Made by a program: the position numbers and the translations under genes. Positions 34,686 through 44,200 of a stretch of DNA of 52,087 nucleotides are shown here, piece by piece; the stretch's first letter is position 1, and every line of letters starts with the position of its first letter. Source of the DNA: Christensenella sp. UBA3770. Lineage in GTDB: Bacteria; Bacillota; Clostridia; Christensenellales; CAG-1252. The DNA lies in contig DFFS01000080.1 of NCBI GenBank assembly GCA_002371075.1, positions 1-52,087 on the forward strand, in the 5' to 3' direction. A model generated the notes under the pieces. It was not told the origin of the DNA, did no database searches, and saw nothing but the letters and a program-made list of their open reading frames with translations.

Positions 34686-35912
34686 ATGGAAGAGTTTTTG
34701 GGTGATTTCGACGCTATGGAGACGGAGTCCGTTCAACCGGAGGAACTTACGGAACGCGTCTGTAAGATCTTGGTGATCGGCGTGGGCGGCGCGGGTAATA
34801 ACGCCGTTAATCGCATGATCCGTTCCGGCATTGACAGCGCAGAATTCGTTGCCGCAAACACCGACAAGCAGGACCTTATTTATTGCGAAGCCAAAAAGAA
34901 GGTCGTTCTCGGTGCGACGTTGACAAGAGGCTTGGGCGCGGGATCCAACCCCAACATCGGCAAAAAGGCTGCGGAAGAGACAAAAGAGATCATTAAAGAG
35001 CTTTTGCAAGGGGTGGATCTCTTGTTTATCACCGCAGGAATGGGGGGCGGCACCGGCACGGGCGCGGCTCCCGTCATTGCAAGCGTAGCGCGTGAACTTG
35101 GCATCTTGACCATCGCCGTCGTGACAACGCCCTTCAAGTTTGAAGGGGAAAAGAGGATGTCACAAGCCCTATCAGGCATCAATGAGCTCAGGCAATACGT
35201 GGATACTCTCCTTGTGATCCCCAACGAGAAACTTTTGGAAGTGTTGCCCAAGGGGACAACCTTTAGCAAAGCGTTTTCCTTTGCCGATGACGTCCTTCGT
35301 CAGGGCATTCAGGGCATCGCAGGCTTGATCGTTAAAAATTCCATCATCAACCGTGACTTTGCCGACGTAAAGACGGTTTTAAAAGAAAAGGGCTTTGCGC
35401 ACATCGGAATCGGTCAGGCGGAGGGCGAGAACAGAACGGTGGAAGCTGTCAGACAAGCCGTCAACAATCGTTTGCTTGATACCAACATTCGCGAAGCAAG
35501 CGCGGCGATTTTGTTTATATCCGGCGGTATGGACCTCAGCCTTAACGAAGTTAATGAAGCCGGCTCCCTTGTGGCGCAGGTTTTGAACCCCGACGCAACG
35601 TTGATCTTCGGCGCGGATATGAACCGAGAAAATGAAAACAAAGTTTCCGTAACGATCATCGCAACGGGCTTTAAGCACGGTACCGATCCGATCCTGCCTA
35701 AGTTTGTCCAACAAAGGACCACTGCGACCCAGCTCGGGATGAACCTTTCTCCGCGTGATAGAGTTGTTCCCTCCGATCTTCCTCCTATGCCGGAGCGTCG
35801 TCCCATTACAAGCGAGCCCGCGCCGCAACCGAGTGACGATCAGGATGGTAGGATCCGCCTTTCCGATAACGATCTGCCAGCGTTTATGCGTAAGCTCAAA
35901 AGGCATCCGTGA
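34686..35912 (+). CDS. ftsZ: Cell division protein FtsZ
   Basis: VIGVGGAGNNAVNRM, tubulin signature GGGTGTGAAP, and a C-terminal conserved peptide (DLPAFMRK). Confidence 0.98.
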   Translation: MEEFLGDFDAMETESVQPEELTERVCKILVIGVGGAGNNAVNRMIRSGIDSAEFVAANTDKQDLIYCEAKKKVVLGATLTRGLGAGSNPNIGKKAAEETKEIIKELLQGVDLLFITAGMGGGTGTGAAPVIASVARELGILTIAVVTTPFKFEGEKRMSQALSGINELRQYVDTLLVIPNEKLLEVLPKGTTFSKAFSFADDVLRQGIQGIAGLIVKNSIINRDFADVKTVLKEKGFAHIGIGQAEGENRTVEAVRQAVNNRLLDTNIREASAAILFISGGMDLSLNEVNEAGSLVAQVLNPDATLIFGADMNRENENKVSVTIIATGFKHGTDPILPKFVQQRTTATQLGMNLSPRDRVVPSDLPPMPERRPITSEPAPQPSDDQDGRIRLSDNDLPAFMRKLKRHP

Positions 35913-35931
35913 TAAAACCTAACAGCAAATT

Positions 35932-35961
35932 AAGCATTCGCTTTGCGAATGCTTTTTTTTG
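35932..35961 (+). terminator. Rho-independent terminator after ftsZ
   Basis: GCATTCGC (35934-35941) pairs with GCGAATGC (35945-35952) around loop TTT, followed by an 8-T run. Confidence 0.8.
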
Positions 35962-36039
35962 TTAACAAATAGTGTTTTTCCTACAAAAACAACCAATTCC
36001 TCTTTGTTTTTTCACCGCTTAATAAAGTACTCTTTTTGT

Positions 36040-36801
36040 ATGGTTGTTTACGTGGAAGCGGTACTGTTGGACAATTTTTTCTTTGATTTTTTACTTGGAT
36101 ACTTGACCTATCTTTTAACCAAGCAAAAGGTCAGGCATTTTCCTATCGCGCTTTCCGCTCTTGTCGGAAGCGGTTTTGCTCTTGCGTTTCCTTTGATAAC
36201 AAAATACGCCTTTCTTTTTAAGATCGCGGCGCTACTGATCTCGTCTTTGTTACTTACTTTAAAAAAATCACTAAAAGTTTACTTGATCAATACGTTTGTT
36301 TATGCGCTTTTATCCTTTTTGTTATCTGGGATCCTTTGCTTTCTCCTTGGCGACAAGATGCATAATGGGTTTATCGGTATAAAACTCGGCGGCGTGGTTG
36401 CGTTGATATCGATCGGGGTTTTGTTGCTTCTTTATTTCGTCCGCCAGATGATCGGGTTGTCGACGGAAAGAAAGAGAAAAACAAAATTTGCCATGGCGGA
36501 GATCGTCAACCGTGAGAAGAGCATAAAGATCAGCGCTCTGTTTGACAGCGGAAATCTTTTGACGGATCAAAACGGCGAGGGCGTGGTTGTCACCGATCAA
36601 AAGCGCCTTTCCGAGCTCGGAGATCTTCCGAAGTTTGGCGAAATGTGCGTACATACCGCCAGCGGCAGCAAGGTGCTGAAGCTTGTCAAAATACCTGAAA
36701 TAAGGATATATTCGCGCGGGCACGAGAATATACTTTTCAACGTAACGGCGGCGCTTTCCGATCTTCCAAAGGAATACGCCTTGATCCTGCCGTGCGAATA
36801 A
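36040..36801 (+). CDS. spoIIGA: Sigma-E processing peptidase SpoIIGA
   Basis: Five N-terminal TM helices and the aspartic protease motif ALFDSGNLLTD. It lies directly upstream of sigE. ATG 36040 (MVVYVEAVLLDNFFFDFLL) is preferred to the ORF-track TTG 35959. Confidence 0.88.
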   Translation: MVVYVEAVLLDNFFFDFLLGYLTYLLTKQKVRHFPIALSALVGSGFALAFPLITKYAFLFKIAALLISSLLLTLKKSLKVYLINTFVYALLSFLLSGILCFLLGDKMHNGFIGIKLGGVVALISIGVLLLLYFVRQMIGLSTERKRKTKFAMAEIVNREKSIKISALFDSGNLLTDQNGEGVVVTDQKRLSELGDLPKFGEMCVHTASGSKVLKLVKIPEIRIYSRGHENILFNVTAALSDLPKEYALILPCE

Positions 36802-36812
36802 GGAGATTATCT

Positions 36813-37526
36813 ATGTTTGAAAAGATTAAACGGTTTTTGAAGAGGGTAGTTTGCTTTTTTGATCTGTTTCACAAGTCTGACGATCTGAATTTTATTTACG
36901 GCGAGTCTCTTCCCGCGCCGTACACGCCGGAAGAGGAGCGTGAGGCAATGGAACGACTGCTTAGGGGGGATGAGAGCGTAAAGAACGACATCATCGAGCA
37001 CAATCTGCGCCTTGTCGTGTATATCGCCAAACGGTTTGAGGGCAGCGTAGGGGACATCAGCGACCTCGTTTCGATCGGTGCGATCGGGCTTATGAAGGCG
37101 GTCAATTCTTTTGATCCGTCCAAAAACATCAAACTTGCCACGTTTGCCTCGCGATGCATCGAGAACGAAATCTTGATGTATCTCAGAAAGGTTGTTAAGA
37201 GGAAGTGCGAAGTATCGTTGGACGAGCCCATCAACGTGGACGTGGAAGGGAACGAGCTCTTGCTGTCCGACGTCGTTGGGACGGAGCCGGATCAGATCGC
37301 AAAAGATCTGGAGCGGAAAACCGAGATCGAAGAGCTGTATAAGTCCTTTTCCAGTTTGTCCAAACGGGAGTTTGAGATCATTAAATTGCGATACGGACTT
37401 ATGGACTCAGAGGAGATGACGCAAAAGGAGATCGCCGATATGATGGGCATTTCACAGTCGTATATTTCAAGGATAGAGAAGAAAGTTCTTGGCAAACTGC
37501 GAAAAGAATTGGCAAAATTTGTATAA
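36813..37526 (+). CDS. sigE: Sporulation sigma factor pro-sigma-E
   Basis: Close resemblance to B. subtilis SigE, including the pro-sequence region, LPAPYTPEEE, NLRLVVYIAKRF and KLATFASRCIENEILMYLRK. AGGAGA SD before ATG 36813. Confidence 0.93.
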   Translation: MFEKIKRFLKRVVCFFDLFHKSDDLNFIYGESLPAPYTPEEEREAMERLLRGDESVKNDIIEHNLRLVVYIAKRFEGSVGDISDLVSIGAIGLMKAVNSFDPSKNIKLATFASRCIENEILMYLRKVVKRKCEVSLDEPINVDVEGNELLLSDVVGTEPDQIAKDLERKTEIEELYKSFSSLSKREFEIIKLRYGLMDSEEMTQKEIADMMGISQSYISRIEKKVLGKLRKELAKFV

Positions 37527-37581
37527 TTCGATCGAAAAAAAGAAATAATATCCTTGCGCGCTGTTACATAGGAGGAAACAA

Positions 37582-38361
37582 ATGGCGCACAAGGTCACGA
37601 TATGCGGTTTGGACACAAACAAACTGCCCAAGTTGACGGCAAAGGAAAGCGAAGAACTGCTGAAGAAGATCAAACAAGGTGACAAAGACGCAAGAGAACG
37701 GTTTTTGCTTGCAAATATGCGGCTCGTACTCTCGATGGTCCATCGGTTTTCAACGGCTAATGCCGATCCTGACGATCTTTTTCAGGTAGGATGTTTGGGG
37801 CTTGTTAAAGCGCTCAATCACTTTGATCCATCGTTTAATGTGATGTTCAGCACGTATGCCGTACCGATGATCCTCGGCGAGATCAGACGATTTGTAAGGG
37901 AATCCAACGGGATCAAGGTCAGCAGAAGCATGCGCGACGTCGCTTATCGCGCGATGCAGGCAAAACAGACACTTGAACTGCGTAACGTGGCTGATCCCAC
38001 GCTTTATGAGATCGCGGAGGAGATGGACGCTCCCGTCAAGGAGGTCGTCTGCGCGTTGGACGCCATTTCCACGCCGATGTCGCTGTATGAGCCGATTGCG
38101 GGAGACGGTGCGGATTCACTGCTTGTGATGGACAGCGTCGCAGGGGAAAGAAACCCCGAGGAGGGTTGGACGGAGCACCTTGACCTTTTTAACGCGATCA
38201 AAAGCTTGCCGGAGCAGGAAAGGGAAGTTTTGGGGCTAAGGTATTACAAGGGCAGGACGCAGGTGGAGGTCAGCGGTAGCCTCGGCATCTCGCAAGCGCA
38301 AGTGTCAAGGCTGGAAAATACGGCGATCAAACGCCTGCGCGAGATCCTGTCCACCACGTGA
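37582..38361 (+). CDS. sigG: Sporulation sigma factor sigma-G
   Basis: KVTICGLDTNKLPKL, DDLFQVGCLGLVKA and FSTYAVPMILGEIRRF match SigG (SigF/G family). It lies after sigE. Confidence 0.9.
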   Translation: MAHKVTICGLDTNKLPKLTAKESEELLKKIKQGDKDARERFLLANMRLVLSMVHRFSTANADPDDLFQVGCLGLVKALNHFDPSFNVMFSTYAVPMILGEIRRFVRESNGIKVSRSMRDVAYRAMQAKQTLELRNVADPTLYEIAEEMDAPVKEVVCALDAISTPMSLYEPIAGDGADSLLVMDSVAGERNPEEGWTEHLDLFNAIKSLPEQEREVLGLRYYKGRTQVEVSGSLGISQAQVSRLENTAIKRLREILSTT

Positions 38362-38432
38362 TGGCTTTAAAATAATTCCACAATTTGCAAGCAAAAGGTC
38401 ATATCCTTTTGTTTTTTGCAATATGCTTTCCT

Positions 38433-38690
38433 ATGAATGAGCTGACTTTTTGCGAACTCAGAGAAAAGGAGATCGTCAACGTAAACGACGGAAAATGTTT
38501 CGGAAAGATCATTGATCTTGCTTTGTCTTGTAACGGCAGGGTCCTTGGCATCATGGCGCCGGGAGACAAATCGTTGTTTAAATCGTTTGGGAGCAGGGAC
38601 GCTCTTTTTATCCCATGGCAAAACATCAACAAGATCGGCGACGACGTGATCCTCGTGAATTTACCGAGCGGCAATTTTCCGATGGGCTGA
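38433..38690 (+). CDS. YlmC/YmxH-family sporulation protein (PRC-barrel)
   Basis: 85 aa. LREKEIVNVNDGKCFGKIIDL...IPWQNINKIGDDVILV is typical of YlmC/YmxH. ATG 38433 is preferred to the ORF-track 38385. Confidence 0.8.
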   Translation: MNELTFCELREKEIVNVNDGKCFGKIIDLALSCNGRVLGIMAPGDKSLFKSFGSRDALFIPWQNINKIGDDVILVNLPSGNFPMG

Positions 38691-38709
38691 CGCGCTATGC
38701 TCCCCTAAA

Positions 38710-38759
38710 ACACAATGTTCGGTTTTTTCTTGCTTTTTTACCACAATATATAGTATAAT
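38710..38759 (+). promoter_or_regulatory. nrdR promoter (TTGCTT-18-TATAAT) flanked and overlapped by two NrdR-box-like sites
   Basis: -35 at 38730-38735 and -10 at 38754-38759. Box A ACACAATGTTCGGTTT (38710-38725) has a good left half. Box B CCACAATATATAGTAT (38741-38756) matches about 14 of 16 positions. Centres are 31 bp apart. Confidence 0.55.
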
Positions 38760-38779
38760 TTTCACAAAGGAGACAGGTT

Positions 38780-39235
38780 ATGAAATGCGTATATTGCGGT
38801 TCATTGGACAGTAAAGTTATCGATTCGAGGATCTCCGACGACGGCACTTCCATCAGGCGTCGTCGCGAGTGCTTGGAGTGCGGCAGGCGGTTTACAACGT
38901 ATGAAACCGTGGAGCGCATCCCCGTTTTCGTCATCAAAAAGGACGGCAACCGCGAGCTGTTTGACATCAACAAATTGCGCAGCGGCATCATGAAAGCGTG
39001 CGAAAAACGTCCCGTAACGTATGAGAGCATCAATCGTCTTGTGACGGAGATCGAAAAGACCGTTTACAACCTCGGTACCAACGAGGTCTCCAGCGACAAG
39101 ATCGGCGATGAGGTCATGAAAGGGCTCAAGGAGCTGGATCAGGTTGCTTACGTGCGTTTCGCTTCCGTTTATAAAGAGTTTAAAGATATCGACACCTTCC
39201 TTGCCGAGATCGAGAGGATCCTCGGCAAAAAATGA
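38780..39235 (+). CDS. nrdR: Transcriptional repressor NrdR
   Basis: Zinc ribbon MKCVYCGS...CLECGRRFTTYE followed by an ATP-cone domain. Confidence 0.96.
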   Translation: MKCVYCGSLDSKVIDSRISDDGTSIRRRRECLECGRRFTTYETVERIPVFVIKKDGNRELFDINKLRSGIMKACEKRPVTYESINRLVTEIEKTVYNLGTNEVSSDKIGDEVMKGLKELDQVAYVRFASVYKEFKDIDTFLAEIERILGKK

Positions 39236-40050
39236 TGATCGAAAGAACCTATCGTGGGGAGGAAAAGCCCTTAAAAAGGGTGATCTCCGATCTTTTTCCA
39301 GAAGTCACTTTTTCAGAGATCTCCGCCTGCGCCCGTCGGCGTGACGTAAAAGTCGACGGCGTACGCGTTTCTTTGGATCACGTTTTGAAAGATGGGTCCG
39401 TTGTGACGATCTATCCCAAAAACAAAAAATCCGTCAAGGTAATTTACGAGGACGACCAAATCCTTGCCTGCTATAAGCCAAAAGGCATTGCAAGCGAGGG
39501 CGCGGTCTCTTTTTGTACCATTGTTACGGCGGATAAGGGTGACGTTCGTTTGATGCACCGTTTGGATACAAATACGGACGGCATTTTGCTTTTTGCCAAA
39601 ACCGACCTTGCATATCAAGAGCTTTTTGACGCCATGAAAGCGGGGCAGATCAAAAAGGAATATCTTGCCGAAGTGTACGGCGTCCCGCCTCAAAAAGGTA
39701 GCGTTGAGCTTTCGTATTACTATAAAAAAGACGCCGAAAGGGGGCGCGCGGTGATCTCCGACCTTCCCAAAGATGGTTTTGTCCCCGTTTCGCTTAGCTT
39801 TTGTGTGGAGGATAGACGTGCGGATAGCGCGCTCCTTCGCGTGGTTATCCACAAGGGTAAGATGCATCAAATCCGCGCGATGCTTGCCCACTTCGGCTAC
39901 TTTATTTTGGGTGACGGCAAATACGGTCAAGACAAGGTCAATCGTTTGATGGACGTTAGCAAAACTCGCTTGACCGCCTGCGCCGTGGAGTTTATGCTTC
40001 CCACGTCGTCGCCGCTTTCCTATTTGAATTCGATCAGGATCTCACTCTAA
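39232..40050 (+). CDS. RluA-family pseudouridine synthase
   Basis: S4-like N-terminus, catalytic HRLDTNTDGILLFAK, and KMHQIRAM. The ATG overlaps the nrdR stop. Confidence 0.85.
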   Translation: MMIERTYRGEEKPLKRVISDLFPEVTFSEISACARRRDVKVDGVRVSLDHVLKDGSVVTIYPKNKKSVKVIYEDDQILACYKPKGIASEGAVSFCTIVTADKGDVRLMHRLDTNTDGILLFAKTDLAYQELFDAMKAGQIKKEYLAEVYGVPPQKGSVELSYYYKKDAERGRAVISDLPKDGFVPVSLSFCVEDRRADSALLRVVIHKGKMHQIRAMLAHFGYFILGDGKYGQDKVNRLMDVSKTRLTACAVEFMLPTSSPLSYLNSIRISL

Positions 40051-40069
40051 ACATTTTTTCCTACGTTGC

Positions 40070-40108
40070 TGCTTGTACTTATTGGTTCGGTACAAGCAAT
40101 TTTTTTTA
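40070..40108 (+). terminator. Rho-independent terminator after the RluA-family gene
   Basis: TGCTTGTAC (40070-40078) pairs with GTACAAGCA (40090-40098), followed by an 8-T run (40100-40107). Confidence 0.75.
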
Positions 40109-40158
40109 TACCGTCGAATATACAATAATACCTTGGCGAAAAATGGGGGATTGTGTCG

Positions 40159-40857
40159 ATGGTAGAAGGGATCGTTGCGCTGCTTTCCAATGCTTTTTGT
40201 TTGACCGGTTACATCGAAAGAAGCGGCGCGTTCCCCAAGCCCCTTTCCGCCGAGGAGGAACGGGCGTGCTTTGTTTCTCTCAGAAACGGCGAAGAAGATG
40301 CAAGGGAAAAATTGATCTCGCACAACATGCGCCTCGTCGTGCATATTGCAAAAAAATACGTTGACGCACTTGACCCCTCCGATATGGTCAGCATCGGGTC
40401 CATAGGGCTTTTGAAAGCCATAGACACCTTCAAATTCGATAAAGGAACGCAGTTTGCCACCTATGCGGCGCGTTGTATCGAAAACGAGATCTTAATGGCG
40501 ATCCGCGCAAACAAAAAGCATAAAGTATGCGTTTCTCTTTCTGCTTCGGTGGGTATGGACAAAGATGGCAACGAGATCTCCTTGGTGGACACTTTGGAAG
40601 AGCCGGATATGGACGTTGCCACCAAGGTGGAAAAGCAGGAATGTGCCAAACAGCTCAGAGACATTTTAAAAAAGGTTTTGGACGAAAGGGAGTACAAGAT
40701 CATTCGCTACCGCTACGGCTTGGACGGCGCGGACGTGTTGCCGCAACGAGAGATCGCAAAACTCCTTGGGATCTCCCGCTCTTATATCTCGCGCATTGAA
40801 AGCAAGGCGCTTGAAAAGATGAGAGATTACCTGACCGAAAACCGCATCGATTTATAA
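40159..40857 (+). CDS. sigK: Sporulation sigma factor pro-sigma-K (uninterrupted)
   Basis: Strong similarity to B. subtilis SigK including the pro-sequence: MVEGIVALLSNAFCLTGYIERSGAFPKPLS, NMRLVVHIAKKY, ATYAARCIENEILM, DKDGNEISLVD, REIAKLLGISRSYISRIE. GGGGGA SD upstream. GTG 40153 is an alternative start. Confidence 0.92.
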   Translation: MVEGIVALLSNAFCLTGYIERSGAFPKPLSAEEERACFVSLRNGEEDAREKLISHNMRLVVHIAKKYVDALDPSDMVSIGSIGLLKAIDTFKFDKGTQFATYAARCIENEILMAIRANKKHKVCVSLSASVGMDKDGNEISLVDTLEEPDMDVATKVEKQECAKQLRDILKKVLDEREYKIIRYRYGLDGADVLPQREIAKLLGISRSYISRIESKALEKMRDYLTENRIDL

Positions 40858-40883
40858 AAAGACCCATCTAAAAGATGGGTCTG
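40857..40883. terminator. Hairpin between convergent sigK and rnpB; the U-tract is on the minus-strand (rnpB) side
   Basis: AGACCCATC (40860-40868), loop TAAAA, GATGGGTCT (40874-40882). Read on the minus strand it is followed by TTTTTATAAA. Confidence 0.7.
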
Positions 40884-41203
40884 ATGTGAGTTAATCTATA
40901 AGCCGAGTTCTGTATTAAACGGTCATCTGTCTAGACGCGCAGTTACCTACGCGTTCAAGCGAACGTCGGATAGCGGCGGACCACCTTAGCCTATCCTCTC
41001 TTGCACCGAGTGGGGTTTACCTGGCAGACTCGTCACCGAGCCTCCGGTGAGCTCTTACCTCACCATTTCACCTATTGCCGCAAGCGGCTGTGTATTTCTG
41101 TGCACTTTCCTTAAAGTCGCCTTCACCGGTAGTTAGCCGGCACTCTGTCCTGTGGTGCTCGGACTTTCCTCATCAATTGATGCGACCGTCTGGTTAACTC
41201 ACC
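40884..41203 (-). ncRNA. rnpB: RNase P RNA (type A-like)
   Basis: The minus strand contains GAGGAAAGTCCGAGC (complement of about 41158-41172), GGTGAAATGGTGAGGTAAGAGCTCACCGG, CAGGTAAACCCCACTCGGTGCAAG and ACAGAACTCGGCTTATAG. The P1 helix pairs 5' GTGAGTTAA with 3' TTAACTCAC. The ends are approximate. Confidence 0.88.
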
Positions 41204-41208
41204 ATTAA

Positions 41209-41237
41209 AGTATATCATTATTCCGACGTTGTTGCAA
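41209..41237 (-). promoter_or_regulatory. Sigma-A-type promoter of rnpB (TTGCAA-17-TATACT)
   Basis: On the minus strand: TTGCAA (41237-41232), 17-nt spacer, TATACT (41214-41209). The G at about 41203-41202 lies 6-7 nt downstream and coincides with the start of P1. Confidence 0.6.
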
Positions 41238-41273
41238 TGATTATTTTCAGGCGCCTTTGTAAATACTTCCTTT

Positions 41274-44200
41274 ATGATTTTCTTCGTTGCAAAAACCATC
41301 TTAAAACTGCTTGCCAAGTTGTCCTCCAAAAACAAATACGAGTTTGCTTTTGATATGTCGGACGAGGATGCCGTCAGAAACATCGAATACTTGGCGCACA
41401 GCTTGCGAAAAACGGTAAAGACAGGCGTCGGTGTGCCGGTTTTCCCCATAAAACTTGCGATCAAACAATGCCAAAACGTATTGATGAAAAAGAAAAAGGC
41501 AGGGCGCAAGCTGTATGACTTTGAGGCTTGGTTGTTTGACAATTATCGGTTGCTCAGCGGCAGTTTGCAAGATATTGATTTCAAAGCGTTTACGTTGATC
41601 CCGCACGTGGACGGCGTGCCGAGGATCGTCGTTTTAGCGGATTTTATCGTCAAATATTCCGCAGGAAAGGTCTCACAAGAGCGCGTTCGCAGGGTGGTGG
41701 AAGCCTTTAACGCCGTAACGCCGCTGACCTATGGCGAGATCGTTCTTTTAAAAGACGCGATCGCCTATCGGCTACTCGTGGAGATCTCTTATTTTGCCGA
41801 GCGTTCGTTGCATTATTACGCCTCTTATCTGAAAGCGAAAAAATCCGTTTTTTCAATAACAAACAGAAAGTCGGACAGTTACTTGACGTATTTTGCCGAG
41901 CTTCACCGAAACGAGCGAGTGATGGGGGTAGATCAAGCGGAGTTTCAAACCGCGGCGCTTGGATTTGACAATCTCCTTGCCGACAACGCCTTGCTGACCT
42001 CCTCATACGTCAATTCGTTGCGATCGCTCGGCGCGAAACTAACGGATGGTTTTATGGTCTCTTTATCCGTTGCTGGAGCCGTTTATCAAAAGGAAAGCTC
42101 ATATCGCGACATGAGCGACAAAGCAAAAAACGATTATCTGTTGAAAACCTCCGAATGTGCCGTAAAGAACGACGTATCCGAGCAGGTCCTTGCCGGTGCT
42201 TGTCTTTCTCTTGCTGATGTTCTGGACGTTCATTTCGGAGAGATCCTTTTTTATTATCCGAAAGCGCTCGCCAAGTTTGTAAAAACCGGGATTGCCGAAC
42301 CACTTCGCAACGAAAAATCAAAAGTGCAGGGTTTTTATGCCTTTCTTGTTTTGGCGATCTCCTTGTTGATCGCGGCGTTTCCCGCGTATTACTTGAGAAA
42401 CGTCTTTGCCTACGTTGCCGTTTTGCCGCTTTTTATCGCCGTATTGCACCCCGTCGAATACTTGTTGAAGCGTTTTTACGCTATGCGGTTAAAAAGTAAA
42501 CCGCTGTTGCAAATGGACTATCGACGTTTACCGCAATCGTGCGCGACCGTTGTCGTCACAAGCAGATTCATCGGGGGTGAAAAGGATGCGGATGACGCGC
42601 TTTTTCAAGCGGAAACTTTGGCGGCAAGCGAGTCGGATCCCGCCGTCCGCTTCGTTGTACTTGCCGATCTTCCCGCATCGGATACGGAGTGGGGCGAAAA
42701 TGATCAAGCTTTGCTTGACTATCTTCAAAGGGTCCCTCGGTCCCCACGGGTAGCTGTTTTTTTACGAAAAAGGACCCGTAACGGGAACAAGTGGAGAGGG
42801 TACGAAAGGAAGCGGGGAGCCATCTTGGACGCGTTTTCGGCGATGCGAGACGAGAACTATGAGAAGTTTTACGTGATCGGTACGGCGCCGACGGCGGAAT
42901 ATGCGATCCTTCTTGACGACGACAGTGAGCTGATGCCCGGGACGATCCGCTCCGCGATCCTTGCCATGGCGCATCCGTTAAACGCGGAATATGACTTGAT
43001 GAGTTTCGGTGGCAGGGTCAACCGATTTTCCGTCAAAACACATTACGGATTACGTTTTTTACGTGGGTGCGGGGCGGAAGCCTATCCGTTTTATTCCGAC
43101 TTTTATGCCGACGCCTTTGACTGTGCTTTGTATTGCGGCAAAGCCATCGTCCGCATCCGTCCTTATCTGGAAAAACTAAAGGACTTTTTCCAAGATGGGA
43201 GGATCCTCAGCCACGACATCATCGAGGGTGCTGTTCTTCGTTCGACCTCCTTAAAACGATGCGTTTACGAAGACGCGCCCGCAACCTTTGCCGGGGATTA
43301 TCGTCGCACGGCGCGTTGGCAAAGGGGTGACGTGCAGCTCTTGCCATATGCGTTTTGTAACAAGGTAAAAACCAAGAGCGGAAAACGTGTCAACAATCCT
43401 ATTTCGCCCATTTATAAACTGATTATTTTTATTAACGGCATGACGGTTTTGCGTGATTTTATGACGTTGTTCGTTGTGCTCCTTGCATTCTTTTCGGGGA
43501 ATCTGTTTTTGCTGTATTACGCGCTTTCGTGCCATTTGTTTGCAAAGGTTTACACGCTCGTGACGGCACTCAGAACGGTGTTTACAAACGTACGCTTCTC
43601 TCATGCCGTTCGCGGCGTCGTGTTACAAACGGAGCTCTTGGCTGAGGAGCTCTTTCTTCTTCCGTTTCGCGCGCTATGTGGGTTATACCTATTTTTCGTC
43701 ACCTCTTTCAAGATGGTAGTCAGGAGCGATTCCTTGCTGGATTGGACGCCCTTTCGCAACACACAACAGGCAGGCGGCACGGAAGAGGGCGCGCGGTTGC
43801 TTTTGCCCACAGGGATCGCATTAACCGCGCTTGCGATCCTATCGGGGAGTATGGCGATCACGATATACGTGGTGTTGTTTTTCTTTTTTGCCTTTTACTT
43901 GTTGCTTTCGGGCAAGAGCGTAAAAACCAAGTCGCTTTCGGAAAAACAAACGCATAAACTCAAAGCCTATGCGGCAAAGATCTATTCTTACTTTTCCGAG
44001 ATCGACGGAGTGGGACTCATCACGGATAATTTGCAGCTGTTTCCTTATCCGATCAAGGCAAAGATGACGTCGCCCACCAACCTTGGGTTTGCGCTGCTTG
44101 CCGAGATTTGCGCCTACAAGCTTGGACTCATCGACAAAGAAACTGCTTTTTTCAACATTTCCGCCGAACTTGACAAGGTGGATAAACTCGAAAAGTACGC

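Noticed and set aside
35913-36039. Spo0A boxes (TGTCGAA / TTCGACA) expected upstream of spoIIGA
   Set aside because: The only near match (TTTGCGAAT at 35942-35950) is part of the ftsZ terminator stem. I found no convincing 0A box or -10/-35 pair by eye.
37527-37581. Sigma-F/sigma-G type promoter upstream of sigG
   Set aside because: CATAGGA near the SD only partly fits the CAHWHTA -10, and no GnATA-type -35 lies at the correct spacing. The match is too weak to report.
41123-41542. 139-aa minus-strand ORF overlapping rnpB and the start of the giant gene
   Set aside because: The region contains the universally conserved RNase P RNA motifs, so the ORF is incidental.
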